A stretch of DNA of 50,755 bases, taken from the IMG/VR virus record IMGVR_UViG_2908959467_000003, positions 1-50,755 of that record; one strand, written 5' to 3'. Made by a program: the position numbers and the translations under genes. The notes beneath the pieces are model-generated. The model was given only the letters and a program-made list of their open reading frames with translations, was not told the DNA's origin and did not search any database. Positions within the stretch are counted from its first letter, which is position 1. The number at the start of each line of letters is the position of its first letter. Origin of the DNA: a virus. Its lineage: Duplodnaviria; Heunggongvirae; Uroviricota; Caudoviricetes. Positions 50,528 to 50,755 of the stretch are shown piece by piece.

Positions 50528-50755
50528 TTAGGAGTTTAATTTTCTATTGAGAATATTCTTCTCTATCCATTCATTAACTTCATGCTCCACCCATGCAACA
50601 GAACGAGAACCGATAGAAACTTGGTTCGGAAATTCATCATTCTTTATCTTTAGATAAATTGTTGACTTGGGTAAGCCAGTCAAATTAATCACTTCTGATA
50701 TTCTCAGAAGTCTATATCTTTTTTGGGGTGCGTTTTCCCGAGGCAATAAGCTCAT
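50528..50755 (-). CDS. alpA: AlpA-family transcriptional regulator (75 aa)
   Basis: ..RLLRISEVINLTGLPKSTIYLKIKNDEFPNQVSIGSRSVAWVEHEVNEWI matches the AlpA HTH signature; start codon is the last 3 nt of the window. Confidence 0.75.
   Translation of the reverse strand: MSLLPRENAPQKRYRLLRISEVINLTGLPKSTIYLKIKNDEFPNQVSIGSRSVAWVEHEVNEWIEKNILNRKLNS

Larger units (their letters stand above)
40206..50755. mobile_element. P4-like satellite-type integrative element (right boundary beyond the window)
   Basis: P4-family int, AT-rich cargo, Ogr/Delta, TGTTACC iterons, alpha-type primase-helicase, AlpA. Confidence 0.65.

Overview
The window holds two mobile elements in tandem and essentially no host DNA. 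(1) Positions 1..~40220 are a near-complete P22-like lambdoid prophage in inverted orientation. It carries a P4-family integrase (IntS-like) at one end and a 66-aa TorI/AlpA-like excisionase at the other, a fused AT3-SGNH acyltransferase, a P22-type tailspike, an Mnt-like repressor, the P22 virion gene order (16-20-7-14-26-10-4-5-8-1-2-3), a lambda-like lysis cassette, Q and nin region, DnaB-like helicase and O-like initiator with ori iterons, and a cII/cro/cI/N immunity region with recognisable operators and nut sites, then Erf plus SSB-like genes and small early-left ORFs. (2) Positions ~40206..50755 are a P4-like satellite-type element running to the window edge: a second P4-family integrase, a two-gene AT-rich cargo operon, an Ogr/Delta zinc-finger gene, a TGTTACC iteron cluster, an alpha-type primase-helicase, a putative RNA immunity region, a P2 gpN-like capsid gene and an AlpA regulator. 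The two elements meet at a 15-bp match to the 3' end of tRNA-Arg (argW), with a second argW-like 16-mer about 300 bp upstream. The best candidate for a new system is the cargo operon at 41536..43389. All family assignments come from reading the translations and recalled motifs; no searches were run, and manually placed regulatory sites may be off by 1-2 nt.
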